DNA of 44,958 nucleotides, from contig JBBDWN010000025.1 of assembly GCA_040902855.1 (NCBI GenBank), positions 1 through 44,958 of the forward strand, written 5' to 3'. The notes under the pieces were generated by a model that was given only the letters and a program-made list of their open reading frames with translations, had not been told where the DNA came from and ran no database searches. A program made the position numbers and the translations under genes. Origin of the DNA: Acidimicrobiia bacterium (GTDB taxonomy: Bacteria; Actinomycetota; Acidimicrobiia; Spongiisociales; ZC4RG35). Shown here one piece after another: positions 1-8,778 of this stretch; positions within the stretch are counted from its first letter, which is position 1; the number at the start of each line of letters is the position of its first letter.

Positions 1-11
1 GCCCCCCTCGG

Positions 12-61
12 CCTCGCAAAGCCTCGGCCACTCCCCCCAGCACTCCCTCGCAAAGCCTCGG
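12..61. repeat. Direct repeat CCTCGCAAAGCCTCGG (12-27 and 46-61), each copy preceded by a C6 run. This gives a tandem unit of about 34 bp that touches the left window edge.
   Basis: Read directly from the sequence: two identical 16-mers 34 nt apart, with CCCCCC at 2-7 and 33-38. Lies downstream of the minus-strand gltA stop. Confidence 0.6.
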
Positions 62-80
62 TCGCGGGGGGAGAGAGTGC

Positions 81-1364
81 CTACCGGGCGTCGACGGGGG
101 TGTAGTCGCGAGCGGCGGGGCCGACGTAGACCTGGCGGGGGCGGAAGATACGGCCTTTGGGGTCGACGTTCATTTCTCGCCACTGGGCGATCCATCCGGG
201 GAGGCGACCCAACGCGAACAGGACCGTGAACATCTCTGTCGGAAATCCCATCGCCCGATAGATGATCCCCGAATAGAAGTCCACGTTCGGATAGAGCTTC
301 CGCTCGACGAAATAATCGTCCTCCAGTGCCACCTGCTCCAGGTGCATCGCCACCTCGAGCATCGGGTCGGTCACGTGCAACTGGTCGAGCACATCGGCCG
401 CGGCCTGCTTAATGATGCGGGCGCGCGGATCGAAGTTCTTGTACACCCGATGTCCGAACCCCATCAGCCGGAACGGATCGTTCTTGTCCTTTGCCCGTTC
501 CACGAACGAGTCGACCGTCTCGCCTGATTCGGTGATCCGCTGGAGCATCTCCAGCACTGCCTGGTTGGCGCCGCCATGCAGCGGTCCGCTGAGTGCGTGG
601 ATACCTGAAGCGACGGACGAGAAGATGTTTGCCTGACCGGATCCGACGAGGCGGACTGCCGACGACGAGCAGTTCTGGCCGTGGTCGGCGTGGAGGATGA
701 GAAGCACTTCGAGCGCTTTGACGACCACCGGATCGATCTCGTACTCCTCGGGTGGCACTGCGAACATCATGTGGAGAAAGTTCGCCGAGTAGTCGAGGTC
801 GTTGCGCGGATACATTGCCGGCTGGTGAGCGCTGTACTTGTAGGCCAAGGCGATCATCGTCGGAACTTTGGCGATCAGCCGTCGGGCGGAGATGTCGACG
901 GATTCCTCGTTCTTCGGGTCGAGTGCGTCCGGGTAGTAGGTCGCCATCGCCGAGACACCGGATGCGAGGATTTGCATGGGGTGGGCGGCATGCGGAAACG
1001 CCTCCAGGAGGTACTTCATATCTTCCCGCAGCAGCGTGTGACGTCGAATCGAGTCCTCGTAGTCGGCCAGTTCTGTGGCGGTCGGAAGCTCGCCGTAATT
1101 GAGCAGGTAGGCGACCTCGAGGAAAGACGACTTTTCGGCGAGTTGTTCGATGGGATAGCCCCGGTACGTCAGGATCCCTTCTTCGCCATTGATGAAAGTG
1201 ACCGAACTCGGGCTCTCGGCCGTGTTGCCGAACCCGCGATCCAGCGTCACCAGACCGAGCTCCGGGCGCAGCGCCGAGATGTCGAATCCGCTGTTTCCTT
1301 CGGTTGCCTCGGTGACCGGAGAGGTGATCTCCTTGTCGCCGTGACGGATTGTCACCTCGGGCAT
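81..1364 (-). CDS. gltA: Citrate synthase
   Basis: The 433-aa ORF carries citrate synthase signatures (SGPLHGGANQAV, MGFGHRVYKNFDPRA, LYPNVDFYSG). I prefer the ATG at 1364, which has a GAAGGGA SD 5 nt upstream, over the TTG at 1382 used by the ORF track. Confidence 0.9.
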   Translation of the reverse strand: MPEVTIRHGDKEITSPVTEATEGNSGFDISALRPELGLVTLDRGFGNTAESPSSVTFINGEEGILTYRGYPIEQLAEKSSFLEVAYLLNYGELPTATELADYEDSIRRHTLLREDMKYLLEAFPHAAHPMQILASGVSAMATYYPDALDPKNEESVDISARRLIAKVPTMIALAYKYSAHQPAMYPRNDLDYSANFLHMMFAVPPEEYEIDPVVVKALEVLLILHADHGQNCSSSAVRLVGSGQANIFSSVASGIHALSGPLHGGANQAVLEMLQRITESGETVDSFVERAKDKNDPFRLMGFGHRVYKNFDPRARIIKQAAADVLDQLHVTDPMLEVAMHLEQVALEDDYFVERKLYPNVDFYSGIIYRAMGFPTEMFTVLFALGRLPGWIAQWREMNVDPKGRIFRPRQVYVGPAARDYTPVDAR

Positions 1365-1378
1365 TTCGTTCCCTTCGT

Positions 1379-3427
1379 TCAACTGGCGGACTCCTGGGCG
1401 GCTGCGATGATCCTCTGGGCCTCCTGGTGGGGAACTTCCTCGTAATGGTCGATTTCCACTTCGAAGCTTCCCCGACCGCTCGTCATCGAACGGAGGTCGA
1501 TCGCATACCGCTGCACCTCGGCCAAGGGGACCTCTGCAGTGATGACCCTGAGCGAGCCATCGGTGTCCATTCCCAGAACCCGGCCCCGCTTGGCGTTGAT
1601 GTCGCCCATGATATCCCCGGTGTGATCCTCCGGAACCCGCACCGTCAGGCGGGCCACCGGCTCGAGCAGAACGGGGCGCATCTCGGCTGCTGCGGCCCTC
1701 ACCGCCTGGATGCCTGCCATGCGAAACGACATCTCGTCGGAGTCGACCGCGTGGTACTTGCCGTCGTATGCCTCCGCGCTGATGTCGACGACCGGATAGC
1801 CGGCGAGGATCCCGCGTTCGAGTGCCTCCTGGATGCCTTTGTCGACGGCGGGGATGAACTGCCGAGGGATGCTGCCGCCTTTGATGGCGTCGACGTACTC
1901 GTACCCGGTCCCCCGTGGTCTCGGTGAGAACCTGACGAAGGCAACCGCGTACTGTCCGCGTCCACCCGACTGCTTCTTGTGTTTCCCTTCGGCCGCCGCC
2001 GTGGCGGTGATGCTCTCGCGATACGGGATGGTCGGGGCATGCGTGTCGACTGCGACGCCGTACTTGCGGAGGATGCGTTGGAGCGTGACGTCGAGGTGCA
2101 TGTCGCCCAGGCCGGAGAGGATCGTCTCGTGCGTTTCCGAGCGTCGCTCCACGGCGATAGTGGGGTCTTCCTCCAGCGCCTTTGCGAGCGCGATCGACAG
2201 CTTCTCGTCGTCCTGGTTGGAGCGAGGTTCGATCGCCAGTTCCATCACGGGTCGTGGATACGGGACCGTCGCCAGTCGGACGTCTGAGCCGGGGCTGCGC
2301 AAGGTGTCACCGGTGGTGATGCCGTCGATCTTGGCGACAGCGCCGATGCCTCCGGCGAGGATCTCTTCGGCGTCGGTGTGATCCTTTCCTTGCAGGCGGA
2401 AGAGGTTGTGCATTCGGACGGTTTCGCCTCCTGCCACCTCGAGATGCTGGTCGTGAGAGACCGAGCCGCGGTACACCCGGAACATCGAGATCTTGCCGAG
2501 GAAGGGGTCGGAGACCGTCTTGAAGACGAAGGCTGCCGTCGGACCGTCGACGGTGGGGCTCAGATCGCCCGAGTCCAGTGGCGGGATAAGCCGTTCGAGC
2601 GGATTGGGGGCGAAGTCGACCAGGAACTCGCCGAACAGGTCGATTCCGACGAGCTTGGTCGCCGATGAGACCAGCACGGGGAAGATCTCGGCGTCGAGCA
2701 TCCCCTGGTGAATGGTCTTGACGACGACGTCCCTTTCCGGTTCGACGCCCTCGAAGTACGCCTCCATGAGCGCCTCGTCGGACTCGACCACCGACTCGAT
2801 GAGAGCCGTGTGGGTGGAGGCGATGAGTTCGGCGACTTCCGGAGGCGTGTCGATGAGCGTTCCGGTCTTGGCGCCACCGTCGTACCCGTAGCAGCGTCCC
2901 GAGACGACGCGGGCAACACCCGTGAGGGAAGCCTCTGACCCGATGGGAACCTGAACGGGGGCGACCCGCTTGCCGAACGCGTCGCGGAGTTGGTCGAGGG
3001 TGCGTTCGAAACTCGCACGTTCCCTGTCGAGCTTGGTCACCATGATCGCTCGCGGGATGCCCTCCTCTGCTGCGGCCCGCCACATGAGCTCGGTCCCGAC
3101 CTCGACCCCGTCGACCGCCGAGACGACGAAGAGGGCGAGGTCGGCGGCCCTGAGTGCGGCGCGCGCATCGCCTGCGAAGTCGGCATACCCGGGGGTGTCG
3201 ATGAGATTGATGCGGTGACCGTGCCACTCCACGATCGCTGTGGAGAGCTCGAGTGAGATCTTGCGTTCCTGCTCTTCGGGGGTGTGATCGAGGATCGAGG
3301 TGCCGGCGTCGACGGAGCCGAGACGCGTCGTCACGCCGCCGACGTAGAGCAGTGCTTCGGCAAGGGAGGTCTTGCCGCTTCCACCGTGACCGACGAGAGC
3401 GACGTTGCGGATCTTCTCCGGGATCAC
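1379..3427 (-). CDS. Elongation factor G-like translational GTPase (EF-G paralog)
   Basis: 682 aa. G domain with P-loop VGHGGSGKTS, G3 DTPGYADF and G4 TKLD, followed by EF-G-like domains II-V. GTG start lies 6 nt after a strong GAAGGAGG SD. Ends 14 nt before the gltA ATG. Confidence 0.9.
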   Translation of the reverse strand: MIPEKIRNVALVGHGGSGKTSLAEALLYVGGVTTRLGSVDAGTSILDHTPEEQERKISLELSTAIVEWHGHRINLIDTPGYADFAGDARAALRAADLALFVVSAVDGVEVGTELMWRAAAEEGIPRAIMVTKLDRERASFERTLDQLRDAFGKRVAPVQVPIGSEASLTGVARVVSGRCYGYDGGAKTGTLIDTPPEVAELIASTHTALIESVVESDEALMEAYFEGVEPERDVVVKTIHQGMLDAEIFPVLVSSATKLVGIDLFGEFLVDFAPNPLERLIPPLDSGDLSPTVDGPTAAFVFKTVSDPFLGKISMFRVYRGSVSHDQHLEVAGGETVRMHNLFRLQGKDHTDAEEILAGGIGAVAKIDGITTGDTLRSPGSDVRLATVPYPRPVMELAIEPRSNQDDEKLSIALAKALEEDPTIAVERRSETHETILSGLGDMHLDVTLQRILRKYGVAVDTHAPTIPYRESITATAAAEGKHKKQSGGRGQYAVAFVRFSPRPRGTGYEYVDAIKGGSIPRQFIPAVDKGIQEALERGILAGYPVVDISAEAYDGKYHAVDSDEMSFRMAGIQAVRAAAAEMRPVLLEPVARLTVRVPEDHTGDIMGDINAKRGRVLGMDTDGSLRVITAEVPLAEVQRYAIDLRSMTSGRGSFEVEIDHYEEVPHQEAQRIIAAAQESAS

Positions 3428-3525
3428 TGGGTACCTCCTTCGATGAATCGGAACATCGACCCTAGACCTTGCATGAGGTACCTGAGCCTGGGAACCGGCA
3501 CATCTGGGAGGCGATCACGGCGTCG

Positions 3526-3534
3526 TGGTAGCTT
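3526..3534 (+). promoter_or_regulatory. Candidate extended -10 element (TGgTAGCTT) for a leaderless pgsA transcript
   Basis: The TAGCTT hexamer (TANNNT) at 3529-3534 is preceded by TGg. The pgsA ATG begins 8 nt after the hexamer and there is no SD between them (cttccccgtc). Confidence 0.3.
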
Positions 3535-3541
3535 CCCCGTC

Positions 3542-4114
3542 ATGATCGACATGCGGGTTCGACCCAAGGTCCAGGGAATTCTCGAACCCATCGGACGATT
3601 CCTCGGTCGGCTGGGCGTGACCCCGACCTTCATGACGCTTTTCGGTCTGTTCGTCGCGATCGGCGGTGCAGTCCTGATCGGCACGGGCCAGATCATCGCC
3701 GGGGCGCTCGTCGCGCTCGCCGGAGCGGCGCTCGACGGTCTCGACGGCTCGGTCGCCCGCGCCGCAGGCAAAGTCACAGAACGCGGCGGGTTTCTCGATG
3801 CGACGGTGGACCGGCTGGGCGAAATTGCGGTCTTGACCGGTCTCGCCGTGAGTCAAAGGGGGGAGGTCAGGATTCTCCTGCTCACTCTGCTCGCTCTCGG
3901 AGGGTCGATGTTGGTTCCGTACATGCGAGCGAAAGCCGAGGCACTGGGTATCGACGGCCGGGGTGGGTTGATGGGCAGAGCCGAGCGGGTCCTGCTGCTG
4001 ACGATCGGGATGCTCACCGGGTGGATCGAACCGATGCTGTGGGTTTTCGTCGCTGCCTCGTGGTTCACCGCAGGTCAGAGATTCTGGACGACCTACGACC
4101 TGATCGAGAACTGA
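3542..4114 (+). CDS. pgsA: CDP-alcohol phosphatidyltransferase, phosphatidylinositol(-phosphate) synthase type
   Basis: Motif DGLDGSVARAAGKVTERGGFLDATVDRLGE matches DG-x2-AR-x8-G-x3-D-x3-D. Multi-pass hydrophobic protein. Sits upstream of the acyltransferase and GT4 genes, as pgsA1 does in mycobacteria. The internal ATG at 3542 is chosen because the ORF-track extension overlaps the divergent gene. Confidence 0.85.
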   Translation: MIDMRVRPKVQGILEPIGRFLGRLGVTPTFMTLFGLFVAIGGAVLIGTGQIIAGALVALAGAALDGLDGSVARAAGKVTERGGFLDATVDRLGEIAVLTGLAVSQRGEVRILLLTLLALGGSMLVPYMRAKAEALGIDGRGGLMGRAERVLLLTIGMLTGWIEPMLWVFVAASWFTAGQRFWTTYDLIEN

Positions 4115-4116
4115 CC

Positions 4117-4992
4117 GTGTTGGCCTACCTGGCCATGCGCGTGGGCACCGGGATCGTCGGTCTCCTCCCGTTTCGGACCGCAATCGCCCTGGGACAGATT
4201 GCAGGGAGACTATTCGGACGCTTCGGGACGGGCCGGCGGACGATGGTGGAGCGTCATGCGCGCCGGCTGGGGATTCGCACAGAGGACATCCCATCGCATG
4301 TGTCCGCCGTGTTCGCCGCCTACGGCCGCTACTGGGCCGAAGCGTTGTGGATACGGCCGAAGCGTCGCACGTTCGTCGACGCCCGAACGACCGGCGAGGG
4401 CCTCGACTATCTCCAAGCGGCCCACGACGACGGGCGGGGCGCCATCGCCGCGCTTCCGCACATGGGGAATTGGGAGTATGCGGCCACCGTCGGTACGAGA
4501 CTCGGACTCACGGTTGTCGCCGTCGCCGAGAACCTCCGCAACCACCGGATCAGGGACTGGTTCCTGGGCCTGCGATCCTCGATGGACATCGGGATCGTGC
4601 TCGCCACCGGCGGCTCCCAGGTGATTCGCGAGTTGGAGACGGTGATCGGAGCAAACGGAGTGGTGGCGCTCCTATGTGATCGGGACCTGAAAGGGAAGGG
4701 CGTCGAGGTCGAATTCCTCGGCGAACGGACGACGATGCCCGCTGGGCCGGCCTCGCTGGCTCTCCGCACAGGCGCACCGATCCTCCCCGTTGCGACGTAT
4801 TTCACCGAGAACGGACACCACGTGGTGGTTCGCCCGCCGATCGAGATTCCTGCAGGCACGGACAGGACCGAGCGAATCCGGGCGACCACCCAGATCCTCG
4901 CCAAGGAACTGGAGTCGCTGATTCTGGCTGCGCCGGAACAGTGGCATCTGGTGCAACCGAACTGGCCGAGCGATTTCGAGGCGATCGGTTGA
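4117..4992 (+). CDS. patA: LpxL/HtrB-family lipid acyltransferase (PatA-like phosphatidylinositol mannoside acyltransferase)
   Basis: Has the HMGNWE (H-x4-E/D) acyltransferase motif and a conserved position between pgsA and pimA. GTG at 4117 lies just after the pgsA stop; ATG at 4135 is an alternative start. Confidence 0.8.
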   Translation: MLAYLAMRVGTGIVGLLPFRTAIALGQIAGRLFGRFGTGRRTMVERHARRLGIRTEDIPSHVSAVFAAYGRYWAEALWIRPKRRTFVDARTTGEGLDYLQAAHDDGRGAIAALPHMGNWEYAATVGTRLGLTVVAVAENLRNHRIRDWFLGLRSSMDIGIVLATGGSQVIRELETVIGANGVVALLCDRDLKGKGVEVEFLGERTTMPAGPASLALRTGAPILPVATYFTENGHHVVVRPPIEIPAGTDRTERIRATTQILAKELESLILAAPEQWHLVQPNWPSDFEAIG

Positions 4993-6014
4993 GGGTCGCA
5001 GTCGTGTGTCCGTACGACCTGGGCCTGGCGGGTGGCGTCCAGCAACTGACGATCGAACTCGTCGACCGGCTGGGACGGTCCGGTCACGACGCCTGGTTGG
5101 TCGGTCCGGGACATCTCGCGGGTGCCCGTTCGGTGGGATCGACGGTGAGGATCCGCGCGAACGCGTCGTCTGTCCCCGTCGCTCTGGGTCCGAAGGTCGG
5201 AAAGCGGGTTCGAACAGCGCTGACCGGGGCGGACGTCGTTCACATTCACGAACCTCTGATCCCGCACGTCTCCTGGGCGGCCCTCCGGACCTCCATCCCC
5301 AAGGTGCTCACCTTCCACGCCGACGCTCCCGGCTGGGCGAGGGCGCTCTATCGAACCCTGGACCGACCGATCGGCCATGTCATGCGGTCATCGGTCGTCA
5401 CGGCCGTCTCGCCGGTTGCCGCGGCCTCGGTTCCGCCGCGTTGGGGGCCTGTCGACGTCATCCCCAATGCGCTGGACGTGGCCGCCTATGCCCAGGATCG
5501 GGAGCGGACGGAGTCGCGTGTCACCTTTCTCGGGCGCGACGATCCGCGCAAGGGTCTTGATGTCCTCTTGGGAGCGTGGCCCGCCGTGCGGGCGGCGGAT
5601 CCTCGCGCCGAGTTGGTCGTGATCGGCGGAGTTCGGCCCGAGGCACCGGAAGGCGTGCGATTCGTCGGTCGGGTCGATGAGTCCACCAAACGTGACCTTC
5701 TCGCGTCCACGACAGTCCATGTGGCACCCAATACCCGTGGCGAGAGCTTCGGGATCGTGGTCGTCGAGGCGATGGCAGCGGGTGCAGCCGTGATCGCGTC
5801 GGACATTCCCGCCTTCGTCGACGTGATGGGCGGAACCGGGGTTCACGTACCGGCGGGTGACTCGCCGGCGCTCGCTGCGGCGATAGTCGACTTGCTCGGC
5901 GATCGCGCCCGCGTGGCGGCTGTCGGCGAGGCGGGAAGGCGGCGCGCCCAGGAGTTCGACTGGTCGAAGGTCACGGAAAGGTACGTGAGCGCGTACGCGC
6001 GAGCCGTCGGATGA
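4989..6014 (+). CDS. pimA: GT4 glycosyltransferase (PimA-like phosphatidylinositol alpha-mannosyltransferase)
   Basis: N-terminus RVAVVCPYDLGLAGGVQQ and C-terminal E-x7-E region (ESFGIVVVEAMAAG) are typical of GT4/PimA. The TTG at 4989 overlaps the patA stop (TTGA). Confidence 0.8.
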   Translation: MRVAVVCPYDLGLAGGVQQLTIELVDRLGRSGHDAWLVGPGHLAGARSVGSTVRIRANASSVPVALGPKVGKRVRTALTGADVVHIHEPLIPHVSWAALRTSIPKVLTFHADAPGWARALYRTLDRPIGHVMRSSVVTAVSPVAAASVPPRWGPVDVIPNALDVAAYAQDRERTESRVTFLGRDDPRKGLDVLLGAWPAVRAADPRAELVVIGGVRPEAPEGVRFVGRVDESTKRDLLASTTVHVAPNTRGESFGIVVVEAMAAGAAVIASDIPAFVDVMGGTGVHVPAGDSPALAAAIVDLLGDRARVAAVGEAGRRRAQEFDWSKVTERYVSAYARAVG

Positions 6015-6062
6015 ACTGGGCGGCGCCAGCGGTACCATTCGGATCCACCCAAAGGAGCAGTT

Positions 6063-6944
6063 GTGGAACGAGGGACTGATCTGGTCAAGCGTGGGCTGGC
6101 CGACATGCTCAAAGGCGGGGTGATCATGGACGTGGTCACCCCGGCACAAGCGCGGGTCGCCGAAGAGGCGGGCGCCGTCGCGGTCATGGCTCTGGAGCGC
6201 GTGCCTTCGGACATCCGCCGGGATGGCGGAGTCGCCCGGATGTCCGACCCTTCCATGATCCAGGGAATCCAAGAAGCGGTGTCCATCCCGGTGATGGCCA
6301 AGGCACGGATCGGCCACTTCTACGAGGCGCGTGTGCTGGAAGCTCTCGACGTCGACTACATCGACGAGTCAGAGGTGCTCACGCCGGCGGACGAATCCCA
6401 TCACATCGACAAGTGGGCTTTCACGACGCCGTTCGTGTGCGGTGCCAAGGATCTCGGGGAGGCGTTGCGGCGCATCGGCGAGGGTGCGGCGATGATCCGT
6501 ACGAAGGGTGAGGCCGGAACAGGCAACGTCGTAGAGGCGGTCAGGCACATGCGCGAGATCACCTCCGGCATCCGGTGGCTCACCACGCTCGGCGACGAGC
6601 AGATCATGACCGCTGCCCGAGACCTGCGGGCACCCTACGCCCTCGTCAAGGAGGTGGCAGAGACGGGCAGGCTCCCTGTCGTCAACTTCGCCGCCGGGGG
6701 AATCGCCACGCCCGCAGACGCCGCGCTGATGATGGCGCTCGGAGTCGATGGGGTGTTCGTCGGGTCCGGGATCTTCAAGAGTTCCAACCCCGAGCTCTTC
6801 GCCCGGGCGATCGTCGATGCCACGACCAACTGGGAGAGCCCCGAGATCGTCGCCAAGGTATCGGCCGGGCTCGGCGCCGCCATGCCCGGCATCGAGATGA
6901 GCGCGCTCGCCGAATCGGAGCAGCTCGCACGCAGAGGTTGGTGA
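6063..6944 (+). CDS. pdxS: Pyridoxal 5'-phosphate synthase lyase subunit PdxS
   Basis: [31 protein letters not shown] and FVGSGIFKS motifs. AAAGGAG SD upstream of the GTG start. Confidence 0.95.
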   Translation: MERGTDLVKRGLADMLKGGVIMDVVTPAQARVAEEAGAVAVMALERVPSDIRRDGGVARMSDPSMIQGIQEAVSIPVMAKARIGHFYEARVLEALDVDYIDESEVLTPADESHHIDKWAFTTPFVCGAKDLGEALRRIGEGAAMIRTKGEAGTGNVVEAVRHMREITSGIRWLTTLGDEQIMTAARDLRAPYALVKEVAETGRLPVVNFAAGGIATPADAALMMALGVDGVFVGSGIFKSSNPELFARAIVDATTNWESPEIVAKVSAGLGAAMPGIEMSALAESEQLARRGW

Positions 6945-6948
6945 GTCG

Positions 6949-7512
6949 ATGCCGGTCGTGGGCGTCCTCGCATTGCAGGGCGACTTTCGAGAGCATCTGA
7001 GCGTCCTCGCCGGACTTGGTGTGCAAGCTCGTCCGGTTCGTCTGCCCGAACACCTCGCCGGTGTGGACGCACTCGTGATGCCCGGCGGGGAGTCGACGAC
7101 AATCGGCAAGCTCGCCGTGCGCTGGGGACTGTTCGAGCCGCTCAGGGATCTCATCGGAGGAGGTCTTCCCACCTTGGGCACCTGTGCGGGGCTGATATTC
7201 GCTTCGTCCGGCGTCACGGAAGGGGACCAGCACCTGCTCGGAGTTCTCGACGTCGTCGTCCAGCGCAATGCGTTCGGGCGGCAGAACGAGTCGTTCGAGG
7301 CGGACGTCGACGTCGAAGGGCTCGACCGCCCCTTTCACGCCGTATTCATCCGCGCCCCGTGGGTGGCGAAGGTCGGGGGTGCGGTGGACGTGTTGGCGAC
7401 CATCGACGACCATCCGGTCATGGTGCGCCAGGGGTCGATCCTCGGTGCGTCGTTCCATCCCGAACTCACCGACGACACTCGCATCCACGAGATGCTTCTC
7501 GACCTGATCTGA
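6949..7512 (+). CDS. pdxT: Pyridoxal 5'-phosphate synthase glutaminase subunit PdxT
   Basis: GVLALQGDF, GTCAG (catalytic Cys) and FHPELT motifs. Starts 4 nt after pdxS. Confidence 0.95.
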   Translation: MPVVGVLALQGDFREHLSVLAGLGVQARPVRLPEHLAGVDALVMPGGESTTIGKLAVRWGLFEPLRDLIGGGLPTLGTCAGLIFASSGVTEGDQHLLGVLDVVVQRNAFGRQNESFEADVDVEGLDRPFHAVFIRAPWVAKVGGAVDVLATIDDHPVMVRQGSILGASFHPELTDDTRIHEMLLDLI

Positions 7513-7524
7513 ACGAGGAACACA

Positions 7525-8268
7525 ATGGCCGGACATTCCAAATGGGCGAACATCAAACATCGAAAGGGTCGCCAGGATGCGGCGCGGGGCAAGCTCTTCG
7601 CGAAACTCGCCAGGGCCATCGAACAGGCTGCTCGCGAGGGTGGTGGCGACCCGACGATGAACATCTCGCTCGCCAACGCCATCGCCAAGGCGAAGGCGGC
7701 CTCGATGCCGAACGACAACATCGACCGGGCGGTCAAGCGGGGCTCGGGCGAAGGCGGAGACGCCGTGGCATACGAGGAGACGTGGTACGAAGGGTATGGG
7801 CCTGGTGGTGTGGCGGTGTACATCCACGTTCTCACAGACAACCGCAACCGCGCCGCCTCCGACGTGCGGGCGACGATGACCCGCAACAACGGCAATCTGG
7901 GCGAACCGGGATCGGTTGGCTATCTGTTCAGCCAGCGCGGGTTGATCGTGGCTCGGGGTGACGAGGACACCGTCATGCTGACCGCCCTCGAATCGGGTGC
8001 AGACGATGTTCGCGAGTCGGGCGATTCGTTCGAGATCGAATCGGCGCCCAACGCGCTTCAGGCATTGCGCGAGGCGCTCGAATCCGCCGGGGTGGAGGTC
8101 GAGTCTGCAGATGTGACGCAAGTGCCGTCGACGACCATCGCCGTCGACGCCGAAGGGGCAGGCAAGATCTTTCGACTGATCGACGCCCTCGAAGATCTCG
8201 ACGACGTCCAGGAGGTCTTCGCCAACTTCGACGTGTCTGACGAGATCATGGAGCAACTCGCCGGCTGA
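7525..8268 (+). CDS. yebC: YebC/PmpR family DNA-binding transcriptional regulator
   Basis: The N-terminus MAGHSKWANIKHRKG is diagnostic. Position upstream of ruvC is conserved. Confidence 0.95.
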   Translation: MAGHSKWANIKHRKGRQDAARGKLFAKLARAIEQAAREGGGDPTMNISLANAIAKAKAASMPNDNIDRAVKRGSGEGGDAVAYEETWYEGYGPGGVAVYIHVLTDNRNRAASDVRATMTRNNGNLGEPGSVGYLFSQRGLIVARGDEDTVMLTALESGADDVRESGDSFEIESAPNALQALREALESAGVEVESADVTQVPSTTIAVDAEGAGKIFRLIDALEDLDDVQEVFANFDVSDEIMEQLAG

Positions 8269-8305
8269 GCCCCCCGGTCGGAGACGGCTCGTCTTGAATG
8301 GGTGG

Positions 8306-8737
8306 ATGCGGACACTGCTCCTCGTCATACACATCGGGGCGGCTGCCGCCTGGTTCGGGCACAAGCTCACCATCCCCCGAGAGATCCGCAGTTCGCTTGC
8401 CACCGGTGGCGGCGTCGCTGAGGCGATGGTGCAGCGTCTCTCGGTCACGGCTCGCCTCGGAATCTCGTCCGCCGTCGTCACCGTCCTGAGTGGGATCGGA
8501 CTCCTGTGGAGCGCAGGGTGGACCGCGTCGGCGGTCCTCGGCGTCGGGATCATGGCGGCGATCGGCGCCATCGCTCTCGGCGCCGGCGCTGCCCGTCCCG
8601 CTTGGGCCGGGCTCGCTTCGGCCGTCGAGGAGGGGGACCTGGCGCTCGCGGGCGCATTCGGCCGACGCTTCGCACGCTTCCTCCACCTCGAGAATCTCCT
8701 GTGGCTGGCGGCCCTTGTGGCGATGGTGGCCGGATGA
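8306..8737 (+). CDS. Hypothetical integral membrane protein (about 4 predicted TM segments)
   Basis: Four hydrophobic stretches (LLLVIHIGAAAAWF, ISSAVVTVLSGIGLLW, AVLGVGIMAAIGAIALG, LLWLAALVAMVAG) and good GC3 bias. I recognise no family. ATG at 8306 preferred over TTG at 8294. Confidence 0.5.
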   Translation: MRTLLLVIHIGAAAAWFGHKLTIPREIRSSLATGGGVAEAMVQRLSVTARLGISSAVVTVLSGIGLLWSAGWTASAVLGVGIMAAIGAIALGAGAARPAWAGLASAVEEGDLALAGAFGRRFARFLHLENLLWLAALVAMVAG

Positions 8738-8778
8738 CGGCCGGTGACACGGAACTGTCGGGCCAACGCTCTACCCTG

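Noticed and set aside
3284-3541. N-terminal extensions offered by the ORF track (3284, 4021, 4941, 28909, 29973, 31019, 38314, 39689, 41817, 43496)
   Set aside because: Each extension runs through the preceding gene or a divergent gene in another frame. In every case an internal ATG/GTG/TTG at the upstream stop codon gives a protein starting at the conserved family N-terminus.
3548-3562. GGGTTCGA strings resembling tRNA T-arms (here and at about 5203-5215)
   Set aside because: Both lie inside well-supported CDSs (pgsA, pimA). No acceptor or anticodon stems can be built around them.
6775-8766. 663-aa minus-strand ORF spanning pdxS, pdxT, yebC and the membrane-protein gene
   Set aside because: It is antisense to four well-supported genes. 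The product is Arg/Ala/Pro/Ser-rich with no motifs, the usual stop-free mirror frame of a high-GC genome.
8751-8766. GGAAC-TGTC-GGGCC as a second LexA half-site upstream of ruvC
   Set aside because: Only the GAAC half matches; the right arm does not. The palindrome at 8779-8794 is a much better candidate.
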